Shown here in pieces: positions 41,001 through 47,075 of a stretch of 59,970 bases of DNA. This stretch comes from Thermoplasmata archaeon. GTDB lineage: Archaea > Thermoplasmatota > Thermoplasmata > Lutacidiplasmatales > UBA184. The stretch is taken from contig JAGWLG010000021.1 of NCBI GenBank assembly GCA_028864975.1, forward strand, positions 1 through 59,970. The letters are read 5' to 3'. Below the pieces are notes generated by a model. It was not told the DNA's origin. It worked only from the letters and a program-made list of their open reading frames with translations, and did not search any database. The first letter of the stretch is position 1; every line of letters begins with the position of its first letter. Position numbers and translations under genes: made by a program.

Positions 41001-44000
41001 CGCCTTCACCGTGTCCAGGCCGACATGCACCGCCGGGACCGGGAAGGAGCAGCTGCCGTCCCCCAGGGCGTCCGTGGACACGCCGCAGGCGACGCCGTTC
41101 CCCCAGCTCACCGTGATGGTGGAGCTGGCGAGGAACCCCGAAACGATGAACGAGGCCGGCGTCCCGGGGGCCCCTTGGCCGGGGGTGACGGTGAGGGACG
41201 GCATGGGGCCGACGTGCAGCTTCGTCGACGCTCCGTTCCCTTTCCCATCCGAGGCGGTGAACCCGTAGGTCGCGGGGGCCGTCCCTGCGGGGACCGTGAA
41301 GGCGCAGACGAAATGCCCGTCCACCGTGCTGGTCCCGACGCAGGCCGTTCCGCCGCCCCAGGCGACGGTCACCGCAGTGCTTCCCGCGTACCCGTCGCCG
41401 CTGAACTGGACGACGCTGCCGGGTGGGCCTCCGGCGATCGAAGCAGAGAGTGTCGCCTCCACCAGCACGGAGGAGGTGGCCGAGTGGCCCGCCGAGTCCC
41501 ACGCGGTGAAGATGTAGGTGCCCCCGACGACCCTCGAAGGGAGGCTGGCCCCGCAGTTCCACTCCCCGTGGGCGTCCACGGTCGCGCCGCAGAGCGTTCC
41601 GCCGCTCCACTGCACCGAGAGCCCGCCCCCTGGGAGGAATCCCTCCCCGAAGGCGCTCAGCCCTTGCCCAGGGGTCTGCACGCCCGGGTTGAGCATCAAC
41701 AGGGCCGGGGGAAGGACCTCGAAGAGGGCGGCGGCGCTCGTCCCCGCCGCGTCGGCGGCCGTGATCGCCCACGTGCCTGGGGTCCACCCGGCAGGGACCG
41801 TGGCGACGCAACTGAAGGAGCCTCCGGCATCCGAGGTGGCCGTGCAGAGCGTGCCTGTGGCCCCCGAGACCGTGACCGACGAGGCGGGAGCGAACCCGCT
41901 GCCATTGACCCAGAGCTGTACGCCCGGCACGCCCCCCGGCAGGGAGAGCTCGACCGACGCTCCGGAGACGCTTCCCACCGTCTCCAGAGCCGAAGCGAGG
42001 TTCCCGGAAGCGTCGCGGGCCGTGAAGGCGTAGGTACCCGGGGCCGTCGACGCCGGCACGGCGAACGTGCAGAGCAGGTCGCCGCTGCCGTCCGACGTGG
42101 TCGTGCAGGCCGTGCCCCCGATCCAGGTGAGCGCGACCGCGGAAGAGGAGGCGAACCCTGAGCCCTGGAACTCGACGGTCCCCCCCGGTCCGATCGAGGT
42201 GGGACTCGAGGAGAGCGACGGGACCACCGTCAGGGTCCCCGAGGCGGAGTTCCCGTAGGCGTCGGTCGCCGTGAAGGTGTAGCTCCCGGGCGGGGTAGAG
42301 GGGACCGACAGGCCGCAGCTGAAGCTGCCGAGCCCGTTCGCGGTCGTCGAGCAGAGGTCGGTCGAGAGCCCGGTCAGGCCCACGCTCGACCCTCCCACGA
42401 AGCCGCTACCGAAGAACGTGAGGCCCTGCCCCACGGTCACTTCCGAGGCACTGGCGGCGACCGCGGGGGCCGGCGTCACGGTCCAGGGGAGCGCCGCGGT
42501 GCTCCCCTGGCCGTCCGAGACGCTGAAGACGTACGGCCCGCTCGCGGTGCCCGAGGGGATCGTGAAGGAGCACCCGAAGTCGCCCAGGCGGTTCGCGAAC
42601 CCCGTGCACGCGGTCCCCGGCGACCAGCTCACCGTGACGGAGGCATTGCCGTGGAGGCCCCGAGCGGCGAGGTCGATGGGGGTCCCTACGGGACCGGCCG
42701 AGGTCGACCCGGTCAGCACCGCCGTCGCGTAGAACGTCGTCGTGGCGATATCGCCCGCGCTGTCCGCTGCGGTGATGGCCACCCCCCCGGCGGGCGTGTC
42801 AGGAAGGATGCAGGAGGTACTGAACGTCCCGTCGGCAGCGGGGGTGACGCTGCAGATCCCTCCGACCCAGGCGTAGATCGAGGTGCCCACGCTGGGCGCG
42901 AAGCCGCTCCCGTCGAACGTGACCTGGGAGTTGACGGGGGCGGTCGCGGGGGTTACGCTCAGGCTCGGGGTGGCGAGTACGGAGACCTTGACACCAGCGG
43001 TGTGCCCGACCGCGTCCGTGGCGTTGACCACGTACGACCCCGGAGCGGTGCCCAGCGGGACGATGAAGTTGCACGGGAAGCCGCCCTGCGCGGAGGTCGT
43101 GAGGGTGCAGAGGACCCCGGCCCAAGCTGCTGAGACCGAGACCGAGGTCGAGGCAGCGAACCCTGTGCCCACGAGGGCGTCCGAGCCCCCCGGCCCCACG
43201 CCCGCGGTCGAGAGGGAGGCCGAGGCCACGACGAAGACGGTCGAAGAGGCCGAGTGGCCGGACCCGTCGGAGGCCGTCGCGGTGTAGGGGCCGAACGCTT
43301 CCGCGGGGACCGTGAACGCGCAACTGAAGGCCCCCTGGCTGTCCGTGCCTACCGTGCAGACGGTGCCCCCCGGGCCCACGACGGAGACCCCCGCGGAGGG
43401 GGCGAACCCGCTACCGTAGAAGCTCACCTGATGACCGACCGTGGCGTTCCCCGGGACCACGAGGAGGGCCGGAGGGGAGGCGACCTGGAGGACCTCACCG
43501 GCCTGGTCGCCCGCCACGTCGGTCGCCGTGAAGTTGTAGTCCCCGGCGCGGGCCCCCGCGGGGATCGTGAAGGCGCAGGGACCAAAGCTGCCGGCAGTGG
43601 AGGCGGCAACGGAGCAGACGGTCCCTCCCGTCCACCGGAGGGTCACGGTCGAAGAGGCGCCGAACCCGGTCCCCGAGAAGGAGAGGGAGGTCCCCGGCGG
43701 TCCCCCGGCGGTCGTGGAGGAAAGGGAGGGATCGACCTGGAAGGTGACGGTCGTCGTGCTGCCCGAGGCGTCCGCGACGGTGAACGTCGCGCTCCCCGCG
43801 GGGCTCGCCCCCAGGGTCCAGCTACACCCCACCGCCCCGGCCCCGTTGGTGCCCGAGGTGCAGACCGTGTTCGAGAGGGCGTCCTTCACCGTGATGGACG
43901 AGTACGGCGCGAACCCCACTCCCTGCACCTGGACGGAGCTTCCGACACTCCCGTGCGCCGGGGCGATCAAGGCTGCGACCCCGGTCGTGGCGATCACCTC

Positions 44001-45035
44001 GACGCTCGCGGTGTTCGACGCCGCGTCGGTGGCGGTGAAGGCGTACCCGGTCGGTAGCGTCACGACCGGGATCGTGTAAGAGCAGCTGAACGCGCCGCTC
44101 GTCGAGGTCGTGGCGGTGCACGCCGTCCCAACCGGCCAGCTCACCGTTACGCTTTGGCTACCACCGAACCCGCTGCCGGTGAAAGTAACCGAGGTTCCCG
44201 GCGCCACCTCCGCCGCGGAGGACGTCAGCGTGGGGTAGACCTGTAGCGAGGTGGTCCCCGTACGCCCGGCGCCGTCCGTGCCCGTGAACGTCCAGAGACC
44301 GGCAGGGGTGGGGGGCACCAGGATGCTGCACGAGTAGTCCCCGCTCGCGTCGGTGGTGCCCGAGCAGGGCGTGCCCTGCGCCCAGGTGATCGAGATGGGG
44401 GAGGATGAAGTGAATCCGGAGGCGTCGAAGTTGATGTAGGCGCCGACCCCGGCGGTCCCCGGCAGGACGACCAGCGAGGCCGTCCCGGCGAAGGGGACCT
44501 CGGGCCCTGAGAAGGGGCCGCCGTTCCCCGCGGCGCTTCCCGAGGGACCGGACGACCCCGAGGGCCCTTGCGCAGGACCCGTTGCCCCGGGCGAAGGGGT
44601 CGAAGGACCCACGACGATCGTGCCGCCTTCCCCCGAGAGCGACGGGGTCGTGGTGGACCCGACCGTGAACGCGGGTGGGGGGGTGCCGGACCCGGAGCCC
44701 GAGGGAGAGAGAACGACCTGGGTCGCGGAGGCGGGAGCGGAACTGGGGGAGATAGGACCCCCCGCACCCGGAGCCGAGGCGATCCCGACGAGCCCGGCCC
44801 CACCTGGGGGAGAGGACGAGAGAAGGGCCTCGTTCGACACCGTCGATAGCGAGGAAGGAGGAGCCACCGCGAAGGCGGCCCCGGAGGCGACGAACACCCC
44901 CACGAGGATGACGGCCAAGAGGCGCGTGGCCCAGGGGGCCCTCGTCCGGCGGTCCCGAGGTGCGTAGCGCGGGACCGGGAGGGCGGGTTCTGTCGCTTCC
45001 GGAGGGCAGTGGCGAGGCAGGCGGCCAGGGCTCAT
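23019..45035 (-). CDS. Giant (7338 aa) repetitive surface protein/adhesin: about 70 Cys-pair Ig-like repeats, PKD domains, TM helix, Pro-rich tail, C-terminal Zn ribbon
   Basis: Unbroken ORF; N-terminal hydrophobic segment LLAVILVGVFVASGAAFAVA; repeat consensus LSVSP.SGP.GT.V.F.G.GFAA.S.V.V.W.GG..C...T...G.F.C.F..P.GT..G.Y.FTATD..GN.AS..F.V; canonical PKD YTWRFGDG; TM then RRRK; terminal CSEC...CSSC. Confidence 0.9.
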   Translation of the reverse strand: MSPGRLPRHCPPEATEPALPVPRYAPRDRRTRAPWATRLLAVILVGVFVASGAAFAVAPPSSLSTVSNEALLSSSPPGGAGLVGIASAPGAGGPISPSSAPASATQVVLSPSGSGSGTPPPAFTVGSTTTPSLSGEGGTIVVGPSTPSPGATGPAQGPSGSSGPSGSAAGNGGPFSGPEVPFAGTASLVVLPGTAGVGAYINFDASGFTSSSPISITWAQGTPCSGTTDASGDYSCSILVPPTPAGLWTFTGTDGAGRTGTTSLQVYPTLTSSAAEVAPGTSVTFTGSGFGGSQSVTVSWPVGTACTATTSTSGAFSCSYTIPVVTLPTGYAFTATDAASNTASVEVIATTGVAALIAPAHGSVGSSVQVQGVGFAPYSSITVKDALSNTVCTSGTNGAGAVGCSWTLGASPAGSATFTVADASGSTTTVTFQVDPSLSSTTAGGPPGTSLSFSGTGFGASSTVTLRWTGGTVCSVAASTAGSFGPCAFTIPAGARAGDYNFTATDVAGDQAGEVLQVASPPALLVVPGNATVGHQVSFYGSGFAPSAGVSVVGPGGTVCTVGTDSQGAFSCAFTVPAEAFGPYTATASDGSGHSASSTVFVVASASLSTAGVGPGGSDALVGTGFAASTSVSVSAAWAGVLCTLTTSAQGGFPCNFIVPLGTAPGSYVVNATDAVGHTAGVKVSVLATPSLSVTPATAPVNSQVTFDGSGFAPSVGTSIYAWVGGICSVTPAADGTFSTSCILPDTPAGGVAITAADSAGDIATTTFYATAVLTGSTSAGPVGTPIDLAARGLHGNASVTVSWSPGTACTGFANRLGDFGCSFTIPSGTASGPYVFSVSDGQGSTAALPWTVTPAPAVAASASEVTVGQGLTFFGSGFVGGSSVGLTGLSTDLCSTTANGLGSFSCGLSVPSTPPGSYTFTATDAYGNSASGTLTVVPSLSSSPTSIGPGGTVEFQGSGFASSSAVALTWIGGTACTTTSDGSGDLLCTFAVPASTAPGTYAFTARDASGNLASALETVGSVSGASVELSLPGGVPGVQLWVNGSGFAPASSVTVSGATGTLCTATSDAGGSFSCVATVPAGWTPGTWAITAADAAGTSAAALFEVLPPALLMLNPGVQTPGQGLSAFGEGFLPGGGLSVQWSGGTLCGATVDAHGEWNCGASLPSRVVGGTYIFTAWDSAGHSATSSVLVEATLSASIAGGPPGSVVQFSGDGYAGSTAVTVAWGGGTACVGTSTVDGHFVCAFTVPAGTAPATYGFTASDGKGNGASTKLHVGPMPSLTVTPGQGAPGTPASFIVSGFLASSTITVSWGNGVACGVSTDALGDGSCSFPVPAVHVGLDTVKATDPSGDTASTTFNVVPGLTESLSGASAGSGVLFQGEGYAGGSLVSVTYAGGTACSSTTGATGSFSCQATVAAGTPPGDYIFTAKDASNDLATILFQVTGSAPVLSATPGVVTPGANVELVGNGFGSNVYWWITSLSWTGGGICQPGTNVFGSFSCGLTIPSGQPGGSYVFSFNDGEGHQASTTVVIAPSLTVSSTTAPTGDALVFSGSSFPASTAVAVSWTPGTACTATTDTHGSFACTLVVPGGTAPGSYTFDAIAGGLSSATSARVVGAPSFQVLPGAGPEGSSIFSSGNGFLAGSATSVISAAGVACNVWYGAGSDGSFTCGFSLSGLPAGGQTLTARDGNGDAATAMFTVVPELSLSLSSGGLGTSFVISGTGYAASSTVTVTWDAGTACTATTDRFGSFACVFSIGPTTAPGSHGFTGRDASGNFAGNVFTVTTTRELQSSPPSGQAGTSVLFEGSGFAVSSSITLAWTQGTACTATSSAQGAFSCTFAIPAGTAAGAYGFTATDGSGGTASTTFTVVTAAAPSLSVTPSSGPVGASFDFTGSAFTPSSGVQVSWSGGGVCGAYTSTSGTFSCTAVVPAMPAGPEAFTAVDGAGLSAVVSFTVNPRLVGSPTGGPGGTSIEFRGTGFAASGSVSVTWSGGTACTTSTDSAGSFLCFYVLPVGTAAGSTTFTATDGLGHSSPVVFQVTGTPALSPSPNHGPVGTSISLSGSGFAISSGVVVSLLGNVECTVTTDSAGAFSCGFQLPPTPAGSVAITATDGEGNTASTPFIVDPSLTSSIPGGPSGIQVVFSGTGYGASLTVSVTWTSGTACSTTTDVQGSFSCSYVLPGGTTVGSYAFTGTDSATNTASLLFEATGTTGLTESTSSGPVGTSVAFSATGLVPNVPYWKGGLISWSYGTPCDPGTSATGTFTCSFNLPAVPHGTYTFTASDGYGDQPTQTFTVTPALGESVVGGPTGTPVEFQGTGYAAGSAVSVTWTSGTACTATTDTGGSFGCVYSIPSGTTTGSYAFTGTDASTNTATVFFQVTGSPTLTPSPLSGPVGTSITLSASGLVSSVAAQFYGSQGQICSVTTSATGTASCGFTLPATPAGTISLFVQDAYGNTAATPFVVTSSLAIAPGSGPAGTTVVLTGSGFGAYSATTVTWTGGGPSPCSLTSGGLGSFLCTFLVPVGTAPGGYTFTATDASSNTASSSFTVNPTSPPVLSLSTSSATFGTGVEVQGTGFAVRSPVTVSWTWGTLCTGTTDGEGAFSCTFFVGSVPYGAHTVTATDGASNTATASLQVNGMLSVAPGEGRVGTVLSFSVTGLTASAPLWLNWSRGVACTGTTSALGAFSCPYSVPTGTAPGTYGFTATDRPGHTAGTTFQVVSPALALSPTSGPQGGTVVATGTYFAALSSVWLNWSRGTACTATTNSVGEFSCSFVLPLAVPAGTYTFTATDRPGNSATASFTLLSPNLAETPGQGPTGTSVTFAGSGFAASSSFTVTWSGGTACSGTTNAQGVFTCSYTIPLTTSAGSYTFTATDGVGNTAGVPFTVTTPMLTAVPPGGPSGIVLTIEGSGFTVSSTVTVTWPSGTVCSVATTPTGTFVCTFTLPAGLAVGSYGFSATDAAGAGATLLVVATGTTTLLVSVSVATPGTSVAFYGTGYVPGANVVVVGPIGNGCSGGASSTGTFSCGLTLPGTPFGTDTFTASDGWDDFASTSFKVVPVISATVYGLAAVNAPAGSTVDFRGAGFAASSAITLTWDGGAPGCTATSDLAGSFSCSWTVPKGTVPGSYGFTAVDGAGNAASLKFYAGGFPQLSVSPGTVPAGTAVTIGASGFLGNVPWWETWINWTYGNICNPGTSSIGRLGPCTYTIPSYVPDGRYGVTAADIYGDFANGTVVVGPSLTAAPTGVATGGTVTFTGAGFSALTSVTLTWSGGTLCTLNTAPDGSFSCRWSVPAATAPGTYDFGARDSNGHQASVVVTVVPAPEVSASPSTTEVGASVNVVGSGFGPSVGQYVTVSWNYGTLCSVWSNGLYGVFSCSFTVPTLPAGRYLLTATDSAGDVATTNLTLTPTATVLPAQGGIGASVTVSGLGFAALSSVQVRWSRGLVCTALTDVQGTFSCTFTVPVGTPGGSYALVATDASGNQGSTPFTVSPGAAAALAVAPAGGPAGLHAVLSGTGFAASSAVTVSWSGGTACTATTDPTGSFTCVFVVPVGTAPGTYGLTATDGSGDTSSAVLAVSSGAPLLVLSAPSGTSGSPLYLYMTGFAFSSTVTVTAPGWGAVCTGTATGGDFSCTYTLPTWVGGGVRLTANDSYGDTAWAVFNVVPVLSLSLPGGAPGTLVQVQGASFAASASVTVNLPSSLFCTATTDPLGSFSCSARVPAGTPAGEISIDASDSSGNRAASLFYSTGAPTLSVLPGEGPVGSSLSFQATGFPANSLLSLGWAEGNVCQTTSDGTGQASCSLTIADTPAGATLFTMADSWGDSATTTFSVFPTLALSVYAGPTGTTLDATARGFAPSAPATVWVKGTAVCTTTTTPLGDLSCTFVVPSGWPVGSLEVLGSVSGLTASAIFFVTASLSLALSPSTGPVGTPITFVGSGFLPQAGVTVSWLEGIACGTTADALGSFTCSFTLPDAPAGSTSFSATDGSGGTATASFTVTPSFADSPKGGPVGTLVTFTGTGFASLSSTTVTYSGGTACTATTDSRGDLTCTFSVPAGTAVGSYVMTATDASGNKASALFEATGTTTLSVTPTATVGSTVTLTGAGFAPNLPWYGVGISWTYGSGCSTGTSPSGTFTCSFVLPTVPGVSYLFTATDTDGNTASATMTVVAALSVGPAGGPIGSEATFRGNGFHASSSITVTWTSGTACTGSSDLDGVFSCVFTVPTGTAVGGYTFTATDGSGNSATTSFYATGTTVLTASVTTGPYGTGLTLSGTGYTSSVPFTILFQGGGFDLVVCSSQGWPYNAPDTTSAGTLSCSWSLPAVPAGTYTFTARDQDGISASASFTATPSLVLSAPGGPVGAPVKFTGYGFAAASAVTVSWSGGTACTATTAGNGTFSCAFSPGATPAGSYVFTATDAASNSATGSYTIYTLVSASPDTGQPGSAFTVSGSGYAASGSITVTWFGGGTLCTATATTSGSFSCAATVPAGATSGTHSVVASDGTHSASVPFYVATPALTVSSPSGAVGIPLTFSGTAFTATSSYTLTWSGGTACSGTTSASGTFSCSFTVPTGTSPAGYTFTAKDAASLTASVGFTVTTPGVAVSVPGAPPGVEVFLNGVGFSPGVALTVTWAPGTACSLTTSSLGGFTCNFVIPGGTAAGTYAFRATDAYGASATVGFYVTGAPGLTLNPTVGIVGDSVSFTAGGYVVGSNVAISWTGGSVCGGTADSQGSMSCSFTVPAEPAGTYTFTAADTYGDHASATFQLTSSLYEEEGGQTITGGPVGSRITFSGTAFGAGRTATVSWPAGTACTSTVAANGDFTCSFTIPVGTASGSYAFTANDGAGDTASVLFEVTGAATTLADSPSSGPVGTSVTFTGNGFASNAPWWEDSLTWYQGGVCNPGTSATGSFTCSLSIPVGTPAGTYTFVAADAFGDTASTTFTVVTATLTASLPGGPIGTSIDFSGRGYAAVSALTLTWSGGTACSLTTNRQGDFTCVFVVPAGTITGTYAFTATDASSNSASVSFVVTGTTSLTATPSTGPGGTSVTFAGTGFVPNVNWWQTAISWAGGTACQPGTDGTGSFSCGFTIPARTAIGTYTFTAVDGDGNSASATFTVQPPALSLSPTGGPPGTAVAVSGTGFLRSSPITVTWSGGTVCTSTTDRTGSFSCDFTIPAGTAAGSYTFTAADGASNTATATFKVTAPALLTVSPASAAVGTTITITASGFVPGDWLNIAWSGGVVCYGGLSAAGTLSCSINVWSLPHGPVVLTATDSSGTTASTTFQVLASLTASPGAAPNGATSTLSGTGFTAGSSVSVTWTPGTACTATADTQGSFSCLFTVPAGTAAGSYTLTATDGSGVSATSPFQALGALSLLLAPASGAPGSSVLVTGTGFVPSTWDTAQWVRTGATLCSATSSATGTFSCTFTVPTTGQGTYNVTGFDGQGNSAQAQFTVVPALTDSPSFGTVGTSVVFSGAAFRAFSSISLTWSGGTACTSAAGHSGQFQCTFTIPVGTSGGPHTFTATDGAGNTASVVFTETALVLSPTLGPVGTSVTFTAEGFHPSTSISIAWSGGTTCSGTTDTLGSFSCSAAAPAAPAGMVLFTASDTLGSTASATFQITTAVAVSPTTGPVGTTLAITGTGFAATSAVSVTYDQGTLCTATTSAAGSFSCTGALAADTVGAHTLTAVDASSNSASTTFTVVAALSASPSAGPAGTAATFSGTGFHATSAITLTWVGGTACTTASSAVGSFSCVFTIPVGTAGGTYLFNAKDASMVSADTNFTVSDLVASPTSGPLGTVVAFTATGFASSSAMTITWSGGTACSGTTSGTGSYSCTFTIPSGTAPGPYTFTATDGSGNTGTTIFTVTPTLSDAPTSGPVGTSITFTGSNFAASSTVVVTWSGGTACSGTSSANGAFSCTFSVPSGTVGGPYTFTGKDGSGNTATATFTVVGSLAISPPSGPTGSVLLLTGAGFGASDAYTVTWTYGTVCTGTTGVTGAFSCSFTVPATPAGSYTFSASDLSGATGSATFTVVPALSVSPTSGPVGTSLVFTGTGYAASSPTTVTSSGGTACTATTDTTGSFTCSYVLTATPAGATSFTGTDGASNSATAVFTVTPSISLAPTSGAAGASVAVSGSGFAASSAVTATAFGGTACTATTDAFGTFSCSFTVPSTPVGSYTVTATDSASNAASASFYVRPGLSPTPTSGAVGSTFTLAGTGFAASTSVTVTSSLGGGTTTTDAAGAFSMTLTVAAGTVGGTYSINATDTSGHYALTSFLVMPSLSVSPMGGPVGTVATFAATGFPASTAYTLTWSGGTACSGTTTATGTFGCTYTIPVGTAGGPYVFSARTTGSTATATFTVTYISVSPASGPVGTSLAFTAGGYAPTSSFTVTWSGGTACSGTTTATGTFSCSFTLPAVPAGAVTFTGTDGAGTSASTTFTVTPALSASPTSGPVGTSITFSGTGFAATSALAVSWSGGTACTATSSATGSFSCSFALTAAAAGPYTFTATDASSDSAAATFTVTPALGVSPVSSTLPVTLTFTGSGFAATSAVTVSWSGGSACTATSSASGGFSCTFAVPPSPAGSITFTATDAASNTATASFTVLPSVSVAPGSGTVGSSLVFSGTGFAASSTTVVSWTGGTACSATSSAVGSFTCTFALTPAPAGALTFTATDSGSNSASTTFTVTPSLSVAPTSGPVGTSVVLSGEGFAATSAVSVNWAGGTPCTATTGTSGAFTCTFVLKPTVAGALLLTATDASSNSATATFTVTSLLTTSPTSGAAGTTVAFIGSGFAASSTVGVLWTGGTACQGTSGPTGSFSCSFVLPGSASPGATTFTATDLAGNTATASFTVLGTPSVSPPAASPASVDVGGSVSFTTTASGGSGTYTTYAWTESGTGLGCVLANAAKITCSPTTAGNYTVAVTVTDSNGVVSASATSSNFEVFGLPVAGRPLGVPASVDVGQSVNFTVDAWGGSGAIATYTWTESASALGCALANAATITCVPTAAGSYTVSVTVTDANGGASSASTSAALTVSPALSVPAPTASPSTLDVGGTTTLSSASSGGSGGDTYIWTGLPAGCTGSGASFSCTPTAAGTFSVAVEVKDANGRSVVSPALSLTVNSAVAVTASASPTSGDTSTSFAFSATASGGTAPLTYTWRFGDGGRGSGATASHTFSAAGTYTVRVWANDSAGGSSSAAVTVTVASSGGGGKILGLPSIEAYGLFGALAIVVVIALLLMLLRRRKGGVRPRAEPPVSEPSLSVPSVPSGPGAAAAPPPVATSPPPPSSAPPPSDVPNPTPYSAIPATNLPKPSSEAPFPPGGPISSSNAGSKTPIFCSECGASNDREATACSSCGAGLNV
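24540..44480 (-). repeat. Tandem array of about 90-aa Ig-like repeats
   Basis: About 6650 codons at a period near 92 aa gives roughly 70 units (estimate); units are diverged at the DNA level. Confidence 0.85.
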
Positions 45036-45311
45036 GGAAGATGTATCGGGTCACGTATTTGTAAGGTGGTGTCGACACGCATGTTCGATGCTTCGCAAGT
45101 GAAAAACTGAGAGAGAACGAGCGCGGGCACGCAACCCGCGCAACAGCGGCCGCGCGGAGCGCGCGGAGCAGCCGCACGTCGCCCGCGCCGAGAGGGCTGG
45201 ACCAGGACAAGCCCGTCCTCTTGCCGCTCTATCCGATCGCCGACACGCCGCCGAGGTCCTTGGCGTGAACGAGCGGTCCCGCTACGGAGGACGGAGGCGG
45301 AGGAACGGCGA

Positions 45312-45947
45312 CTATGGCTCCTGGACCCAGACCGCGATCGCCGTGCGGCGCACCCCAAAGCGACCAAAGACCTCGTCGAGCGACGGCCACGCGGCCTCCG
45401 GGACCATGACCGCTCCCCTGCCGGCACGCCATCCGCCGGAGCGCTCGATGAGCCCCTGCCGCTGCGACACGTAGTTGCGCTTCCCGACCCTCTTTCGGGT
45501 CCGGGACCCGTCCAGCTCTCGGAGGAAGCGAGCCCTGCGGGCCGGCGGGAGCTTCTCCGCCCAGTAGGACACCGCGCGGAACGGCCTGAGCCCGAGGTCG
45601 GAGGGGGTCAGCCGGGGCATCGCCCCGACGAGAGGGCGGCCATCTCGCAGGACCGATTCCAAGAACTGCCGGTCCGTGCGTTCGAGCTCTTCATGGGGCA
45701 CGAAGACGGGCGAGATGGAGATGCCGTGCGTTCGCTCGATGCCGAACAGCGCGAGGAAGACCGGCCTGCGCGCCTCCTTTGTGCAGTCGATGAGCAGGTC
45801 GACGTCGCTCCCGGGGGTGGGGGTCCCCCGCGCGACCGAGCCGAAGAGCACGACGTTGCGCACGCCGCGGATCTCGCCCAGTCGCCTCTGGATCTCGGTC
45901 AGCGCGAGGTCGAACCGAGGAAGGCTCAACGGAGGTGTCGTCGACAT
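45312..45947 (-). CDS. Minimal nucleotidyltransferase (MNT) with an extra C-terminal domain
   Basis: VVLFGSVARGTPTPGSDVDLLID (GS..RG...SDxD), then about 90 extra aa with a ferredoxin/Cas2-like pattern. Confidence 0.85.
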   Translation of the reverse strand: MSTTPPLSLPRFDLALTEIQRRLGEIRGVRNVVLFGSVARGTPTPGSDVDLLIDCTKEARRPVFLALFGIERTHGISISPVFVPHEELERTDRQFLESVLRDGRPLVGAMPRLTPSDLGLRPFRAVSYWAEKLPPARRARFLRELDGSRTRKRVGKRNYVSQRQGLIERSGGWRAGRGAVMVPEAAWPSLDEVFGRFGVRRTAIAVWVQEP

Positions 45948-46285
45948 ATCTCCTCGATCAGCGCGAAGTTGCTACGGGCCTCCTGGAAGTCCTCCTCGGA
46001 CCCTGATGCCCCATAGACGAACTTGCTGCGGGCCACATGGTCCAGGTAACGAAAGGCCTCGGCGACGCGGTCCGAATCCTCGCCCAGAATGGTCGGGTTG
46101 CGCCGCAACTCGTCCGCGACCTTCTGGTGTTTCATGATGTGGAGACGAGCCTTCGCCGCGCAGGCCTCGATGAGGTGATAGGCGGCGAGGAACCACATCT
46201 CGACCTTGGGAGCGCGAAGGTCGGAGACGTTGGCCTGCGCGAGGAACTCCTCGGCCCGCTGGAGGTGGTTCTCGAGGCTCGACAT
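45926..46285 (-). CDS. HEPN-domain protein
   Basis: HLQRAEEFLAQA...FLAAYHLIEA...H..V...L...FRYLDHVARSKFVYG, an all-helical HEPN pattern; overlaps the MNT start. Confidence 0.7.
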   Translation of the reverse strand: MSSLENHLQRAEEFLAQANVSDLRAPKVEMWFLAAYHLIEACAAKARLHIMKHQKVADELRRNPTILGEDSDRVAEAFRYLDHVARSKFVYGASGSEEDFQEARSNFALIEEICRRHLR

Positions 46286-46486
46286 TCGCGTAGATATTAC
46301 GCGACATGGAGATATGAGCGTTGTACGAGTTCCGTCGCGCCCGGTCGCCGTTCCCGCTCGAGGACCGCTCGAGCCCGGTGCCAGGGCGATCTTCGTCCTC
46401 GAGGATCGGCTTCCCCCCGGGGTGGGGCGGCCCTTAGGTCATCGTGCGAGTGAATGTGTTGGCTGTCGTGCCATTGTAAGTATTTA

Positions 46487-46496
46487 TACTTAAGTA
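46487..46496. promoter_or_regulatory. Palindromic TACTTAAGTA TATA/operator-like element
   Basis: Located in the AT-rich gap between divergent 46285(-) and 46512(+) genes; identical copy at 50496-50505. Confidence 0.45.
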
Positions 46497-46511
46497 GACA
46501 TTTATCACAAG

Positions 46512-47075
46512 ATGAACACCCTCGTTTCGCTCCACCCCGAACGGCCGCTCAGCCTCTGCGCGAGGGCCATCCTGGTCCTCGAGGAGCGGCCTCCTCACCG
46601 CCCTGTTTCGAGGTACCGCCTCCAGCTCGAGAGCCAGGAGGATGTAGATCGGGCTCGGGCCGAGGGGTTTCCCGTCTACCTCCTCACCTCTCGACTCGTC
46701 ACGATGCTGGGGTACCCCATCTCCTTCCCGTCTCGCCTCCTCGTCGCCTCGGTACTCACCTCCGCGGTGAGCACGCCCTTCGCGCGGTCAGAGTTCCTCT
46801 CCTCGTCCGCCCTCCTACGACCTGGGGTGGAGGACATCGTGGTCGCCCTCCTCAAGTTCGATGTCCTCGCCGCACGGGCGGTCTTCCTGCGGAACCGCGA
46901 CCTCCTCGACGACCGGCGCATGCTCAAGCGGATCCTTCAGGAGGATGTCGAGGAGGAGGCGACCCTGGTGCGACTGCACGAGCAACTTCCCTTCGTTCCG
47001 CAGGGACGGATGCTCGACGCGGCCGGCCTCCAACGCCATGATCGTTCCAATCTCCCCGGGGGGCTCTTGCCTTGA
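46512..47075 (+). CDS. Hypothetical protein, candidate antitoxin partner of the downstream nucleotidyltransferase
   Basis: 187 aa, protein-like composition, AT-rich promoter upstream, TTGA stop/start overlap with the next gene. Confidence 0.65.
   Translation: MNTLVSLHPERPLSLCARAILVLEERPPHRPVSRYRLQLESQEDVDRARAEGFPVYLLTSRLVTMLGYPISFPSRLLVASVLTSAVSTPFARSEFLSSSALLRPGVEDIVVALLKFDVLAARAVFLRNRDLLDDRRMLKRILQEDVEEEATLVRLHEQLPFVPQGRMLDAAGLQRHDRSNLPGGLLP

Noticed and set aside
24073-42161. Very long alternative-frame ORFs over the giant gene (e.g. 24073..28122-, 28276..31638-, 34539..38276+, 38892..42161+)
   Set aside because: Arg/Gly/His/Pro-rich translations expected from GC-rich codon bias; no motifs. 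They are shadows of the 7338-aa CDS.
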